Shown: in pieces, positions 61,951-64,000 of the stretch
Layout: each line of letters starts with the position of its first letter
How positions within the stretch are numbered: the first letter of the stretch is position 1
Source of the DNA: Squalus acanthias
Taxonomy: Eukaryota
DNA: 64,000 nt
Direction of reading: 5' to 3'
Assembly: GCA_030390025.1 (NCBI GenBank)
Contig: CM059432.1
Span: forward strand, 88,290,001 to 88,354,000
The notes under the pieces: model-generated
Seen by the model: only the letters and a program-made list of their open reading frames with translations
Databases searched by the model: none
What the model was told of the DNA's origin: nothing
Translations under genes and position numbers: made by a program

Positions 61951-62799
61951 CAAAATTACCTTCAATGGCATTTTGGCATCTTGCTAACAGGACTCCCATC
62001 AGTATCATTTAAATGAGCTGATCGCAGAATTTCTGATGGAGTCAACTTCCTGCCACACTTCGACTGACAGAGCGACGCCCCAAGAATGTCCAGCCTTCTG
62101 TATTTAACCAGTATTTTGCTGGCAGGTTGTAAAAATCTATGAAAAAAGGAATGTTTTATCCTTGTGGTAAAAAGCATTTTCTTTGAGGATTTTGGGTTCT
62201 CTGTTTGTTATCTTGGGTGTGCCATAATATCTTACCTACATATATCAGAGCAAATGGAAACACTCAAGAGTGAAGAGAGTGCGATTTCTCCAAATGTGTA
62301 GCATTTAACACAGAAGGCGAAAATATCTAGTGCAAAAATGGTGGGAAAAAATCCTCAAAAACCCAACAATCTCTCTTTTCCCATAAAGTTGGTCATCATC
62401 ACTAAATTGCAGTGATATAAACAGTATTCCAGACTAAAACAAGGATGTAGTTACCGTTGGGATCATGTAACAGCAATAAAAGTTCCCTGCAAGGTTTACC
62501 CGCACCACTCTGACAAACACTTCAGGTGACATAAGGAATGGGCGGAGCTTGAGTAAAGGTAAGAACGGTTTCTGTTTTCCTCACGGAAATCAATATTACT
62601 CGGTTTCTACATGTTACGAAAAGCGTTGACTGAAATGTAAAATGTTACAATAGAGACAACAAAACCCTTAAGACCCGTGTACAGGTTGCGTGTGGTACAT
62701 TAGGTATTCGGGAAGAGATCGTTCCTGCTTTTTTTTTACCTATACAAAGTATAAGGAAAATCCTTCCCCCCGCCCCCATCCCCCAAAAGTTAATAAAAA

Positions 62800-63330
62800 A
62801 TAAATAAATCAAGAAGGTAACGTAGGGGACGACTGCGAGTGAGACGAGAAGGGCCAGTTCGGCACAAGGTAAAGTGGCGTGGAGCCGAGCAAGTGGCTTT
62901 GACGTTAGTTACTGTTTAACATCTCCACCCACTTGGAGTTTATTCAAAGATCGATGCAGTGACAGGTTGGCCGGGGCCCGGCGCCTGGGACCGAGCCGCT
63001 CTCAGCAGCAGATGGGAAGGGCGCACCTTGCTGGCTCGGAGCTGACACTCGGGCGCTCTCTGCCCCTCCCGCCTGCCCTCACTCACTCTCTGAGCCCGCT
63101 CTGAGCCGCCTGCCCGCCCCCGCGGCCCACAGCAATGGCAACAAGCAGGAGAAACGCGGCTTAAAAGAGTAAAGGTAAGAATCGGCGGCTTTTTTCTTCT
63201 TCCTTCTCTCCCTGGCGCCGTGTGATCTGAAGTATATAAACAGCGGCCAGTACACGTGATGTGAGCGCCCCTCTCGCCCGCAGCAACCTCTTGTACTTAG
63301 ACCTCGACTTCTCTCTTTTTGCCCTCCGCT
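62800..63330 (+). promoter_or_regulatory. CpG-rich probable host-gene promoter with a first exon ending at 63174
   Basis: Non-repetitive CpG/GC-rich island with GC boxes (CCCGCC at ~63070 and ~63113), a strong donor AAAG|GTAAGA at 63174/63175, and no TIRs or TE similarity seen. The gene cannot be identified. Confidence 0.65.
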
Positions 63331-64000
63331 ATTATTTCTGCATCTTTGTAGCGTTTGGGAGTTTGAGAAAGTGATGGGGGAGGAGCTTTTTAAAAAGATT
63401 TTTTTAAATTCTTTCCTTTACATGTCCACGTCACTCCTTGGTAACCTGTTGATAATTTTTTTGAAGAATCATTTTCAGCTAGCTATGTGTATGGGGAGTT
63501 TTATTTGTGAGCGAGGTGCTGGTGGAGCCCATCGTGTTGGTCGAACGGACTAGATTCATTGCACGGGTTGTGAGCAAACATGACCCGAGGCTGTCAGTTG
63601 AAATGAAATGCCATTAATACCAGGCAGGGAGCTGTAATTTCGTTACTAGGGTACAGTCATTTGTGTTTTGACTTCAGAATGTATTTAAGAATTATTTTGC
63701 GTATTGTTTTTTTTTTAATTAGGCGTTTTTCAGATTTAATGTAACTTTGTAAAAATCAAACTGTTCTCAGCCTTATTTATCCCTGGTTAAAAATGCGATA
63801 TGGTTTCTTAAAAATTAAATTGAATCTATATACACTGTAGGTAATACAGAAACAAGTTTTAAGAAGAAACTGAGTATCGTGCAGTCATTTATAGCGGGGC
63901 AAACCCATATTTACTCGCCGAGTTCAAACATTTATGTAAATAATAGAGCCAAATTTCCGTTGTCTCAGTTTCTGGCTGTTAACAGTTGTATGTGCCAGGA

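Overview
This is eukaryotic, repeat-saturated vertebrate DNA. The repeat complement (CR1, CR1-Zenon-like, L2 and RTE LINEs, Deu-domain tRNA SINEs, Penelope-type fold-backs, many PIF/Harbinger derivatives) points to a cartilaginous fish, probably a shark; this is an inference. I can support no intact protein-coding gene, and nearly all ORF-track entries are decayed transposon fragments or low-complexity artefacts. The dominant structure is a ~9 kb PIF/Harbinger transposon (22250-31270). It carries a three-exon Myb/SANT gene converging on a HARBI1-type DDE transposase, both pseudogenised. It sits in the centre of a Penelope-type fold-back and itself contains two CR1 insertions, a MITE and two solo LTRs; four of these five internal insertions have readable target-site duplications (TSDs). 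A second nest (MITE in Zenon-like LINE in CR1) lies at 4910-10113. The most interesting items are: short fold-back elements with 14-15 bp TSDs and a truncated hammerhead-ribozyme core; a MITE family with a covarying internal hairpin, promoter motifs and stacked splice donors; an ORF1-less LINE whose tRNA-like 5' head is shared with a SINE; and a 1.47 kb solo LTR. A CpG-rich probable host promoter and first exon with a uORF lies at ~62800-63330. All identifications were made by eye, without database searches.
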